Of a stretch of 64,000 nucleotides of DNA, positions 12,576 through 24,599 are shown one piece after another; the first letter of the stretch is position 1; each line of letters starts with the position of its first letter. Below the pieces are notes generated by a model. It had not been told where the DNA came from and did not search any database. It saw nothing but the letters and a program-made list of their open reading frames with translations. The DNA comes from Hypanus sabinus. Lineage: Eukaryota. Location: NCBI RefSeq assembly GCF_030144855.1, contig NC_082709.1, positions 25,048,001-25,112,000 of the forward strand. The letters run 5' to 3'. A program made the position numbers and the translations under genes.

Positions 12576-13154
12576 TAATACTATTTAGTTTCTTCTTTTC
12601 TATTTGCATAGTTTATCTTTTGCACGTTGTTGTGTGTGGCTTTTCATTGATTCTATTGTGTTTCTTCGTATTTACTGTGAAAGCCTGTAAGAAAATGGAT
12701 CTTGGGATAGTACATGATGACTTGTATGTACTTTGAGAATAAATTTACTTTGATCTTTGAACTTTAGAAGTTTGCACAAACTTGGCTGGAATATTTTGAC
12801 ACTGATCTTCTATTCTCCAAACCATGGTTAATTAGTTAACATAATTGGCCTTTCTTTATGCTCATTATAAAGGACTACATACTCTTTTTGTTTTAATACT
12901 CTGAGGATGCCACCTGTGATGCTGTTGGTGGGGAGCACTTTAAAATTAATAAAAATTTAATATTCATTTGAAAGAGCTTCCCACTAATAGCAACTGAATG
13001 AACTTTTGTTTGTAAGTGTTCCTTCCCATGATAGAACAGTCTACACTACAGCAATGTTAATATTCAGATCAGTGTCTTGATTGTGGATCCCTAACATACT
13101 TTTGAAGTCATACTTGCAGCTTTGAGCTCTTCTAGAATGATTGGTAACACTGGT

Positions 13155-13807
13155 AAGATGGCAGCAGTGGCGTCTTTGGGTCAAAACAGAGGTGTAATTG
13201 CTCATCATTTATGTTATTTTTATGATCGCAAAACACTTGCTGGATATTAAGAGCATTGAGTACTGCAGGTATACCCCATCAGTGAGTTGCTCAGTGGTGG
13301 TAGGGCTGAATTTGGATATGTTGCTGCCTATTACAGCAGCCCAAGGAGGAAGCCAGCAGAGGTGGTGCACATAGTCAGCATGGGATCCAAGAAACAGTGC
13401 AAATGATTGTGATCGCAAGAAGAAAAAACAATGTTGGTCGATGATAATGTAGAATAATGCAAATCCAATTCACGGGTTCATTGCGAGGCAATCAGCAGCT
13501 CATAAGAAGACAAGCTAGATTGTGTTTGTGGCTATACCAGTGTGAGATGAGGAACTGCTGCTTGGCTCCAGGACAGTACCCTATGCAACGTCAATCTGCA
13601 GGACATGACACTCAAGGATTTGGGCTATATTATTATGAGTTTTATTGAGATGGTACGCTTTACTGCTATCGTAATTATATGTGCTATGTGTGCCTTGGGC
13701 TGTGTGTGACTGTTGGCACTATGTTTTGTACCTTGGCCCTGGAAGAATGCTGTTTCATTTGACTATATTCATGTATATGGGTTGAGTGACAATTAAACTT
13801 GAACTTG
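13155..13807 (+). mobile_element. Non-autonomous Rex1-like retroposon
   Basis: aagatggc 5' end and a Rex-type tail (aattaaacttgaacttg). Confidence 0.4.
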
Positions 13808-14136
13808 CATGTGCAATAAAGAGAGTAAAAGAGAAAATTGAGGGTATCATCAAAACCTGGAGACCTGAAAATATGGCAGTGTAGATATTTATGACCTAAC
13901 TTTATTGCCAGATGTCTACCCTGTCTTTTTGTATTGTTAGCACAACTTCACCAACCATTAAACAAAGACAAACCATGTTACTGTATTTACAATCTGCTAT
14001 GACTTGTGGAAGGAAAGCCTCAGCAGTGCGTTATTTTGTTACATTACTAACACTTGTTGAAACTAGCTTGCATGGATAGAATACAGGAGAAGACCTTGTT
14101 GTTAGAATCAGAATCCCATTTAATATCACTGACATA

Positions 14137-15470
14137 TCAAGTCAAGTCAAGTTGCTTCTTATTGTCATTTCGACCATAAACTGTTGGTACAGTACACAGT
14201 AAAAACGAAAGAACGTTCCTCCAGGACCCTGGTGCTACATGAAACAACACAAGAACTACACTAGACTACAGACCTACACAAGAGTACATAATGTGCACAA
14301 AGCAGTGCAGGGCAGTACAATAACTAATTAATAATAAACAAGATAAACAAAATAAACAAGAAGAGGACAAATTTCAATATAATAATAAATGATGTAGATG
14401 TCAGTCTAGACTCTGGGTATTGAGGAGTCCGACGGCTTGGGGGAAGAAACTGTTGCACAGTCTGGTTGTGAGAGCCCGAATGCTTCCGTATCTTTTGCCA
14501 GATGGCAGGAGGGAGAAGAGTTTGTATGAGGGATGCGTGGGGTCCTTCACAATGCTGTTAGCTTTGTGGGTGCAGCATGTGGTGTAAATGTCTGCAATGG
14601 CGGGAAGAGAGAACCCGATGATCTTCTCAGCTGACCTCGCTATCCGCTAGGGAATCTTGCGATCCAAGACGGTGCAATTCCCGAACCAGGCAGTGATGCA
14701 GCTGCTCAGAATGCTTTTGATACATCCTCTGTAGAATGTGGTGAGGATGGGGGCGGGGGTGGGAGATGGACTTTTCTCAGCCTTCGCAGAAAGTAGAGAC
14801 GCCGCTGGGCTTTCTTGGCTGTGGAGCTGGTGTTGAGGGATGAGGTGAGATTCTCCGCCAGGTGAACACCAAGAAATTTGGTGCTCTTGATGATCTCAAT
14901 GGAGGAGCCATCAATGTTCAGTGGAGAGTGGTCACTCCATGCTCTCCTGAAGTCAACAACCATCTCTTTTGTTCACATTTAGAGACAGGTTGTTGGCTCT
15001 GCACCAGTCTATTAGTCGCTGCACCTCCTCTCTGTATGCTGACTCATCATTTTTGCTGATGAGACCCACCATGGTCTTGTTATTGGCGAACTTGATGATG
15101 TGATTCGAGCTGTGTATTGCTGCACAGTCATGGGTCAGCAGTAGACTGAGCACACCGCCCTGGGGGTGGGGGGGGGGCCGTACTCAGTGTGATGGTGTTG
15201 GAGATGCTGTTCCTGATCTGGACTGACTGAGGTCTCCCCGTCAGGAAGTCTAGGATCCAGTTGCAGAGGGAGATGTTCAGGCCCAGCAGTTTCAGCTTTC
15301 CAGTCAGGTGCTGAGGAATGTTTGTGTTGAATACTGAACTGAAGTCTATGAACAGCATTTGAACGTACGTGTCCTTTTTTTGTCCAGGTGGAGGGTGGTG
15401 GCGATGGCTTCGTCTGTTGAGCGGTTGGGACAATATGCAAACTGCCTGGTGTTCAGTGAGGACCCCCTGC
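14137..15470 (-). mobile_element. Rex1/Babar LINE RT 3' half, nested in an older Rex1 3' end (14104-14136 and 15473-15820)
   Basis: [32 protein letters not shown] and KKAQRRLYFLRRL motifs; (acttg)n tail. Confidence 0.85.
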
Positions 15471-15819
15471 AAATCATGAAATTTGTTGTTTTGTGGCAAC
15501 AGTACAATGCAAGACATAAAAATTACTATATGTTACAAAGTAAACAGTGCAGAAGACGAATAACACGGTTCATGGACCTTTCAGAAATCTAATGATGGAG
15601 AGGAAGAAGCTGTTCTGAAAACATTTAGGATAGATCTTCAGGCTCCTGTACCTCTTTCTAGATGGTAGAAACGTGAATAGAGTGTGTCCTGGATATTGAG
15701 GGTCTTTAATGTGGGTCATGTAGGGTATTGAAGGTCTTCTCAATGGCGGGAGAGCTTTTCCCCATGATGGAACTGGTTGAGTCTTCAACCCTCTGAAGAC
15801 TTATTGTGATCCTGTGCAT

Positions 15820-17400
15820 TGGGATCTGACACCTTTCAAATTATTGTCAGGGACTTCAGTCAGGTATGTTTGAAGAAATCCCTGCTCAGTTATCATCGAC
15901 ATCACCTGTACCACAAGGGGTCCAAACACACTCGACCACTTTTACTGCAATTAGTAATGCCAACGGTTCCATTCCTAGATCACATGTCAGGAAATCTGAC
16001 CATCTGGTCGTCCTTCTACCTGCATACAGACAGATGCTTAAGAGCAAGACTCAAGAGATAAGGACAACAAAGAGGTGGTCTCAGGAGGCAGAGGAGTAGC
16101 TATGTGATTGCTTTGAGTTGATGGACTGGGTTGTACCCAAGGATTTGCCAGAGGACCTGAATAAGTACACCACAGTTGTTGCACACTTTATAAAAACAGT
16201 CCTAGACAAGAGTGTCCTCACAAAATCATTGAGAGCCTTTCCCAACCAGTAGCCCTAGATGAACCAAAATCCAGTAGCTCTGTATGAACCTGCAAACTGC
16301 TGAAGGCCACATCGGTGATGTTGAGGTCTGTCAACCAAGTAAACAACAAGAGATCCAGGTTGACCTCCGGAAAGTGACAATTCCGGACCAAACCTGAATC
16401 ACTGAAAGATGCTTGACATCTGTGGAGCTGTGGCAGAGTTTGAATGGCTAGCACCTCAGACACAGTGAAATCAAGCAACATTGGTGATAACAAAGACTCA
16501 CTCCCAGACGATCTTAATGCCTTCTATGCTTACTTTGACCATCAAAACATGGAGGCACCCAATGACACTGTGACTCTGAGAGCATCCTTCAGGATGGTGA
16601 ACCCATGAGAAGTATCTGATGGTGTACCTGGCTGAGTACTAAAAACCTGTGCATGATCAACTGGATTGAGTGGTGATGGAACAACAACCTCTCACTTGAA
16701 GTCAGCTAGACCAAGGAGCTGATAACCAATTACGAGAGGAGGAATCTGGAGATCTGTGAGCCATTTCTCATCAGGAGATCAGAAGAGGAGAGGGTTAGCA
16801 ACTTTAAATTGCTCAGTGTTATCATTTCAAAGGATCTGTCCTGAGTCCAGCACATAAGTGTCCTTAAATAAAACACAGCAGCACCTTTACTTTCTTAGAA
16901 GTTTGCGAAGATTTAGCATGTCATCCTTGACAAACTTCTACAGATGTGCGGTAGAGAGTATAATGACAGATTGCATCATGGCCTTGTATGGGAACACAAA
17001 TCCCCATGAACAGAAAAGCCTACAAAAAGTAGTGGATACAGCCTGGTCCATCACTGGTAAAGCCATCCCCATCACTGAACACATCTAGATGGACTGCTGT
17101 CACAGGAAAGCAACATCCATCATCAGGGTCCCAGCCAACCAGGCCATGCTCTCTTCTCTCTGCTGCCATCAGGAAGAAGGTACAGGAACCTCAGGACTTG
17201 TAGCACCAGGTTCAGGAGCAGTTATTACCTTTCAACCATCAGGCTTTTAAACCAAAAGGGATAACTTCACTCAAGTTCACTCACTCCATCACTGAACTGT
17301 TCCCACAACCTGTGGAATCATTTTCAAGGACTCTTCATCTTTTCGCGATATTTATTGCTTATTTGTTTATTATTATTATTATTATTATTATTATCATCAT
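15820..17400 (+). mobile_element. Decayed, internally deleted Rex1/Babar LINE
   Basis: KSDHLVVLLPAYRQML (endonuclease end) and QQHLYFLRSLRRF; 3' UTR running into (tta)n. Confidence 0.75.
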
Positions 17401-17439
17401 TTGTATTGGATAGTTAGTTGTCTTTTGCACTTTGTCTTG

Positions 17440-17932
17440 TTTCGGACACTGAACAAGCTTTGGTGCACCCACATGAAGGTGGGTTTTTGGAGGATGGATT
17501 CGGGGAAATTGATCAGTGGCTCACAGCGTGAAAAGGTGGGACCGGTGGGGAATTATTTGTGTGTCATCCTTGCCTGGGTGATAATTCCACCACTGAAGAA
17601 CGGTTGTACGTATCATGGTCATAGTCAGTGACCACAACAGGACTTCGGAAGACAACGGGAAGATCGACGGCATCAGCTCATCTCCCTCTCCCTCTCTTCC
17701 ACTAACTACCTTGAACTGAACTGAACTCTCTTCATCATATCATTAGACTGTACCCATTTACCCCTTTGTTCCTAGTATCACACATATATCATTGCTAACC
17801 TGTTCAATATACTTGCATTTATATTGCTGTATTGCTAAGTACTAATAAACACTATTAGTTCTTAGTAATACCAGACTCCAATGTGCTCTCCATTTCTGCT
17901 GGTTCTGTAACCTGGTCACAGGGTACATGACA
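17440..17932 (+). mobile_element. 5'-truncated LTR fragment related to the solo LTR at 2992-3811
   Basis: 3' ~90 nt (aataaacactatta...cagactcc...tgctgg...gggtacatgaCA) align to the reverse complement of 2992-3080. Confidence 0.6.
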
Positions 17933-19888
17933 ATGCCCATAAGAAAATGAATCTCAGATTGTATATGGTGATAATGTACTTGATAATGAACTTAATTTGA
18001 ACTTTGAGCATTGGAGGCTCTGTACCAGGCTTCGATGCAACCCGTCAGATTGTTCTTCATCTGAATATCCAACAGGAGTCCTTTGTGACATCCAAATTTC
18101 TTTAAACTCCTAATGAAATAGAACTGCTTGCATACCTTGTTTGTTGAACCTGGGATAGACCCTCTGATATGTTGACGTTCAGGAACTTGAAGCTGCTCTT
18201 TCTTTCCACTACTGACCCTTCAATGCAGACTGGAGTGTATTCTCCCAAATTCCGCTTCCTGAAGTCCACAGTCAATCAGTCAATCAGTAAAGATTTATAT
18301 ACATGTTGCAGGCTTATAGATAAAGCAAGCAGGAATCAAGAAGGAGGTGTCTGCAATTATATTTCCAGGGAGCAGACTTATCCAATTCCTGCCGAGAGGA
18401 CAATTTGCACAAGTTTTTAACCGCCAATCACACAAAGGCTGAAACCTGTCAATGGCTGCAAGAGAGATGCACAGTCGAGCTGAATGTGTAAACTAAGCAA
18501 ATGTAGAAAATGATACTATTTTGAAAAGACTACCCTCTGATGAAAGCAGATCAAACAGTGACTAAGTTTTTCTTTATATACAGTAGATGATGATTTCCTT
18601 GTCACTGCAATGGAAATAGCTACTTAAAGTCTCATTTTTGAAGGATGTGTATTAATATACACACAGCTGATAGTTGTATTGAAAAGACTGAAAACACAAG
18701 ACCACTTCATTGCAAATGGTATGAATTAGCGACCAACCAGAGTTAAGGAAATGTGGACTGTAGTAGGGAATAATAAAATTGCTCTGTAGTACTGTAGTGG
18801 AGATTGGGATAATCATGTAGCAGGGAGGACTCCAGTGTTAGTAACAGACAGAGGAAGTCTGCAACAGGTTCAAACCGGCCTGAACCACATACTGAAGGCT
18901 AAAATGAACTGTAGTCAACCCATGCCTGGTTACCAACCGAACAATAATTCCATCAGCTGCAGGACAGAAGCTTCCCATTGTATGTATAAGGTAATAATGG
19001 AACTGCACACAGTTCATGTAGCAGACGACACGCTCAGACTTTGACAGCTCACTTTGCACATAGGCACTGAATTTTGAATGGAAGTGTTCCTTCACTTTGT
19101 ATATGCTTTGCATGAAGAAGAGAGATAGTGGGGGGAGGTGTAAATAACATATAGTATAAAAATAATGGAAACTCTGAATTAGGGAACATTCATTGCCCAG
19201 GATGAGTGACTCATCTGTTGATGTCAGCTTGTAATAAAGAAAAAGATTGTTCTGAAGGTAAACCCCAGGCTCCGTGTGAATCCTTTTCATCTACAGGGAC
19301 ACAGACAGGTGATCACAGGGAGGAAGAAAAGCTACAGGCATTTTAGGAATAGTAAGGAAATGACAAGAGGACTTGACTATTGATCTGGCATTGACAATGA
19401 TGAAGAGTAGTGAGCCAGTGCATGTATGATTTTGGGACTGTTGACACAATCTCCTTAAGCATCACTCTAGGTATAAAAGCGGCGTTGTTCCAAAGGGTTC
19501 ATATAAGAACATGGAGAGGACCATGTTTTTGGTATGATTTGATGGCTGGAAGTCAGATGTGTTGGCTGATGTACATTATGGACTGTACAGCTGAAGATTT
19601 AAGATCAATCTTTGCATTGCAAAGTCTGCACAATGCTACTGGGTTAGACATTGGTCCATAGTTCAGAACCGTTGAACTTATAAAGCCCTGTTACAATTCT
19701 TCAAGTGGAGATAGTGTATTTGGTTGTGAACATTAATTGTTGCTGCAAGATTCTTATCTCTCTCATAATTTAGCTCTGTAACTGACCTCAATGATATTTA
19801 TATTATGTTCAAGAGAGCCTGATGAGGAGCATCGAATAAACATCTTTTTTGAATTCCTTGTCTCTCATGTGTTTGACTGCTCTTGCAG

Positions 19889-19955
19889 ATGAATACGTGT
19901 TCCCTAAGACTCTACAGGGAACATGTACTCAACGGCAGTGTATTTTAAGATTGCT
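19889..19955 (+). other. Candidate 67-nt internal exon
   Basis: Acceptor ttgactgctcttgcag, donor gct|gtaagt, in unique sequence; frame is open when joined to 8747-8789. Confidence 0.3.
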
Positions 19956-22226
19956 GTAAGTTACTAGTTTAGTTGTGGCTACTGCCTACAGTTGCATTTA
20001 TTGGCCATACTTTGTAATATACTGTAGATTTCAATGAAAAAATAAAATGTTCATGAGGCAAGATTAATTTAGATGAGATTAATTAATTTGGATTATTATT
20101 ACATTTTATTTCTAAATAGCAAAAGAAAATAGATCTAAAGGTCTATTTGGATTGCTAAAGTGCGCAATGCTGATTTTATATGCAAGCTGTGCCACTTATT
20201 TGATATATTAGCAATTGGCCCTTTCTTAAATGGCCTGCATATAACATTACATGTTGTTTACATGTGTGCAAATAGTTACCAGTTACTGTAACTCTCCATG
20301 GGGAGGCATGATTTCTGTGTCATGATGACTTTCCTAATGTTGTCAATCTTTGTTCAGTGGGAGTTGGAGGAGAGAGTCTTTGGTCCTTTCTGATCACTGT
20401 TCATGCAAGGATTTGGTTTGTGGGAGTCGCTATAGGGAGGTCTGTGCAACGTTTCAGCTAACTGGCCAGTGGTTTAAAACTTTAGGTTTCAACCCTATTA
20501 TGTTGCATTTCGTTTTGCCATTCAGTCAATGCACAGGTCTGAATTTGTAATCAGCATATCAGTATACTTATATGAAGTATGAAAATGCTTTTGGTGCCTT
20601 TTGATTGTCTATGTGGGCACCCTCACAAATTTTGATATATCAAGTTGCTCTAGTTTATGGTGCATTTCCTTTCCTGGTTTCTGGAAGATTAGAAACCAGA
20701 TGTTAAGTTGAAATGAATATCTGTGCATTTTTACATGTATAGTTTGGTGCTGCCATGAAATAAGAGGTGCTGCCCTATTATAATCAATTAGTTACAGTGC
20801 CACTTAAAGTCACTTTTTGTTTAAATCTGAGATTATGAGCCCTTTGTGAAATGTAATAGATGGTATTGAGTCCTTTTTCAATCATCTTTCTTAGCTTATT
20901 ATTCTACATCAAGCTGCGCAGGAACGGGAGAGTTGTAATTTGATTTAAAAATTTAAATTCATAATCAAAATGTAGGCACTACGATTTGCTACAAGGATAT
21001 GCTGAAAAATTACTGTCTTGTGGTGAAATACTGTGTATTGTCAGAATGTATAAAACTGATATGTTACTCTTGGATAACAGTAAGGCAACGCTACTAGGCA
21101 CCAATGAGTCATTGTTGTAATAGGGAAATTTGCAAGTGTTTTCCCTAACATGTTAGATCTCCTTGGATATGCTTGTTGATGGAGAACCTGCAGTGTAAGG
21201 GCGTAAGAATCAGAAAGGTCCTTGTGTCTGCTCTTGCATTTCGTGAGATCATGGCTAATCTTTCATCTCAGCACCACGGTCCAGCTCAAGTTCCATGTCT
21301 CTTTGTTAGATTTTTAGATATTAAGAAAATCAATCTTAACAATTTCTTTTTTGAACATACTTAAAGTCATGTAGATACTTGCCACAGAATGTAAAAATGT
21401 GTGTGTGTATTTCTGTAGAAATCCTTACCTCCTTCCCAAATTTCCTCAAGGGAAGCTAGAACTTTCAAAGAAATCTGTTCATCACAATATAGAGAGATAG
21501 GTAATTTTCAGTTTTGTTCTCAGCAGTATATTCCAACAGTTTATTTATGAAAAAATGTTTGTTGAAAATACTTAGCAGAATCCTCTGTGTTAGGGGATCT
21601 TTGATCTAAAAATTTGATTTATGTTTACAGGTGCCGCTTAAACTGTTTAATTTCTCCAACACTTTCTATTTTTATTAAAACCATTCCATCTACTTACCCA
21701 TATTTTATTGGAGATATATAATATCCTCCTCACAATTTACTTCCTGGTTTCATATCCTGAAGAAGGGTCTCTGCCCAAAATGTTGATTTTTTATTCATTT
21801 CCACAAATGCTGCCTGACCTGCTGAGTTCCTCCAGCATTTTGTGTGTAATGCTTTAGATCTGCTGACTTCCCTAATGAATTCACACTTGTCCAAGTCGCA
21901 GTTAATTTGGACCCTAATTAACATTTCTCAAAGTTTTTTTCAACAAGGTCAAGCTTGTAGATTTATCCCTACACCTTCTTTTAGGAACAAGGGTATTATG
22001 TTTGCATTTCACTTGTCTTCTCCTGTGCTCATGTTATTTTGAACTGAGCCAGGCACCTTGCTATTTCAGCTTACTTCAGCAATCTAGGATGCATTTAAAC
22101 TAAGATGTGGTGAGTTATTCTCTATAAATGCAGCTTGTCTTTCAAATACATTTTCTTTGTCTGTTGTTGGTTTATCCAGATTCTAGCAACATCTTTTACC
22201 TCAGTAAGCTCTGTAACATTTTTTAT

Positions 22227-22409
22227 NNNNNNNNNNNNNNNNNNNNNNNNNNNNNNNNNNNNNNNNNNNNNNNNNNNNNNNNNNNNNNNNNNNNNNNNNN
22301 NNNNNNNNNNNNNNNNNNNNNNNNNNNNNNNNNNNNNNNNNNNNNNNNNNNNNNNNNNNNNNNNNNNNNNNNNNNNNNNNNNNNNNNNNNNNNNNNNNNN
22401 NNNNNNNNN
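22227..22409. other. Assembly gap (N run)
   Basis: 183 N. Confidence 1.
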
Positions 22410-22699
22410 GCAGAATCTTTTGCGTTACAGAACCCTGGAAATACTTAACAAGCCATATAGATTCAGTGGAGAGAGAAGAGGAATTAATGTTTATGACCTT
22501 TCATTCCAACTTATTTGGAACTGCATATGAAGAGAAAGGCAAAGGTCAGAGTGGGAATGGGATGGAAAATTAAACTGGGAGCTATTTGGAAGCTTAGAAT
22601 CATCCAATGAAAGTTATCTGTCATTTGGATTTTTTTTGTTCTACTTTACTTTTTACAATTATGGTCATCAAGATGTTCTGCTTTTAATTTCATGGGATA

Positions 22700-23100
22700 T
22701 AAAATGTAATAGCAGAGTACAGGGTTTTTGACCCACGATATTGTGCCAACATTTTTAACCTACTCTATGATCAAGCCCTCTGCTTTTCTGTCATCCATGT
22801 GCCTGTCAAAGAGTCTCTTAAATGTCCCAATGTTTCTGCCTCTACTCCTTGGCAGTGAGTTCCATGCGCCCACCACTCCACTCTCTGTGTAAAAAAATCT
22901 TTGACATTCCCTCTCCCCCCCCACCCCCATGCTTTCCTTCAATCATCTTAAATTATGACCCTCATATTAACCATTTCTGTTCTGGGAAAAGTCCCTGGTT
23001 GTCCACTTAATCTATGCCTTTTATCATCTTGTACATCTCTATCAAGTCATCTCTCTGAAGAGTAAACCCCCCCCCCCCCCCCCAGCTCACTCAACCTGTG
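22700..23100 (-). mobile_element. CR1 3' fragment
   Basis: VVGAWNSLP and TFKRLFDRHMD motifs. Confidence 0.7.
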
Positions 23101-24599
23101 CTGTTTTAAACACATCAATTAGGTCACTCTTTAATCTTTTATACTCGAGGGAATACAGGTCATGTCTGAGTTTGTACTCTTGGCAAGTTTGTCAGTAGGA
23201 GGAGGGACTAAAAGGTGATTAAATGCTGACCCACAGGGTGTAAGAGAATTCAATTTGAGCACATAGAGTATAAGAAATTTCCAGTAATTATCTTTAAGTT
23301 ATTGGCAGAAGTAGGTCTCCTGCTGAGCTTCTTAGCTCCTTAGCTTAGCTTGGCATGCTTTGATGAGGAGGATAAAATGCAAAAATACCTCCCAACAATG
23401 TGATATGTGTTAGCAATCACTTTATTACCAAGCTGTTAGTGCTACTTTGTGAGTATGATAGTAGGAGACATTCTCCTCCAAGATTAAATCTGGCAAGTTT
23501 CCAGTGCCATCACAAGTAACCAGTTTTGCATTATTTACTGCATATGTAGTTTTACAAAGCCAAACCATGTGGTCAGAGAAGTTCAAAGTAAATTGTATTT
23601 TCTTCACTATGAGGCAACAGATGGCAGTTATTAAGTGAATTGTTCTTGTCTTGGTAAAGTGAGTTAAGTCAGAACCATTAGAAACCTGAAATAGTATACT
23701 TTTGCTTAAGATGTTTGATTTTTAGAATTTCTATTTAGTAGGTTATGTGATTCATAAAAAAATAATTCTTTATTTTGCTTTAAATTTTATGTATCTTCAT
23801 TATCAACATATTAGCAGCTATTGTAGATGGAAATTCTGCTGATCAGTATTATTTAGAACTGAAGTTTTGTTGATATATCACTATTTTAATTGCATTACAG
23901 TAATGTATTTCACAACACTATTATTCGACTATTAAAACCTCGAAATGATAATTTTAAAGTTTTTTGTTATGCATTATTCCCAGGACTGTTATCCAAAACT
24001 ACTTGCATTTAAACAAATTTAGAAGAACATACTGCCAAGACTTTGTCTGCCTGAACTCTAGTAAAATGATTCTTCTGTTCAAGAATTGAAGCCCCTTCGT
24101 AGCAGGGTTCCCAGGGGAGTTGAAATGGAGTTATATTCAGGTCCTTGACTTTTTCTGTTCACATTGCAGTTCTTCATCACATTATGGCTGCAGGCTAGTA
24201 CATGCTGAAAGGAAAATCCTGCCTGACTAACCTACTGCAATTTTTTGAGGAAATTACAAGCAGGGCAGACAAAGGAGATGCTGTAGATGTGGTGTACGTG
24301 GATTTTCAGGCCTTTGACGAAGTGCTGCACAAGAGGCTGCTTAGCAAAATAAGAGCTTGTAGTGGTGTGCTACATGCAGCGCTAAAATAACGACACGGAG
24401 TCGGTAAACTGCAATTAAAGAAGATTTTATTTGAACTTCATAGCCTTGCTTTAAAGCCCCCCTCATCCTGCCCTCCCTGGGCGCGGACGCTGTAAGGGAC
24501 ACGTACTCACAAAGCCCCGCAGGCTTTTTCCCTTTGTTGCGGACCTGGCCTTTGTGTCGGCGCGCTGGCTATTTGTGAGCCGGTTCGAGTGCACTAGGA

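Larger units (their letters stand above)
11205..12765 (+). mobile_element. Rex1/Babar-like LINE 3' end, interrupted by two insertions
   Basis: PHHPGQALSSLLPSG C-terminal motif; 3' UTR ending aataaatttactttgatctttgaacttt. Confidence 0.7.

Noticed and set aside
20317-20398. C/D box snoRNA (ATGATGA at 20322, CTGA at 20390)
   Set aside because: Weak terminal stem, no clear C'/D' boxes and no convincing rRNA complement; expected by chance
22128-22530. ORFs spanning N runs (also 53252-53555)
   Set aside because: Artefacts of assembly gaps
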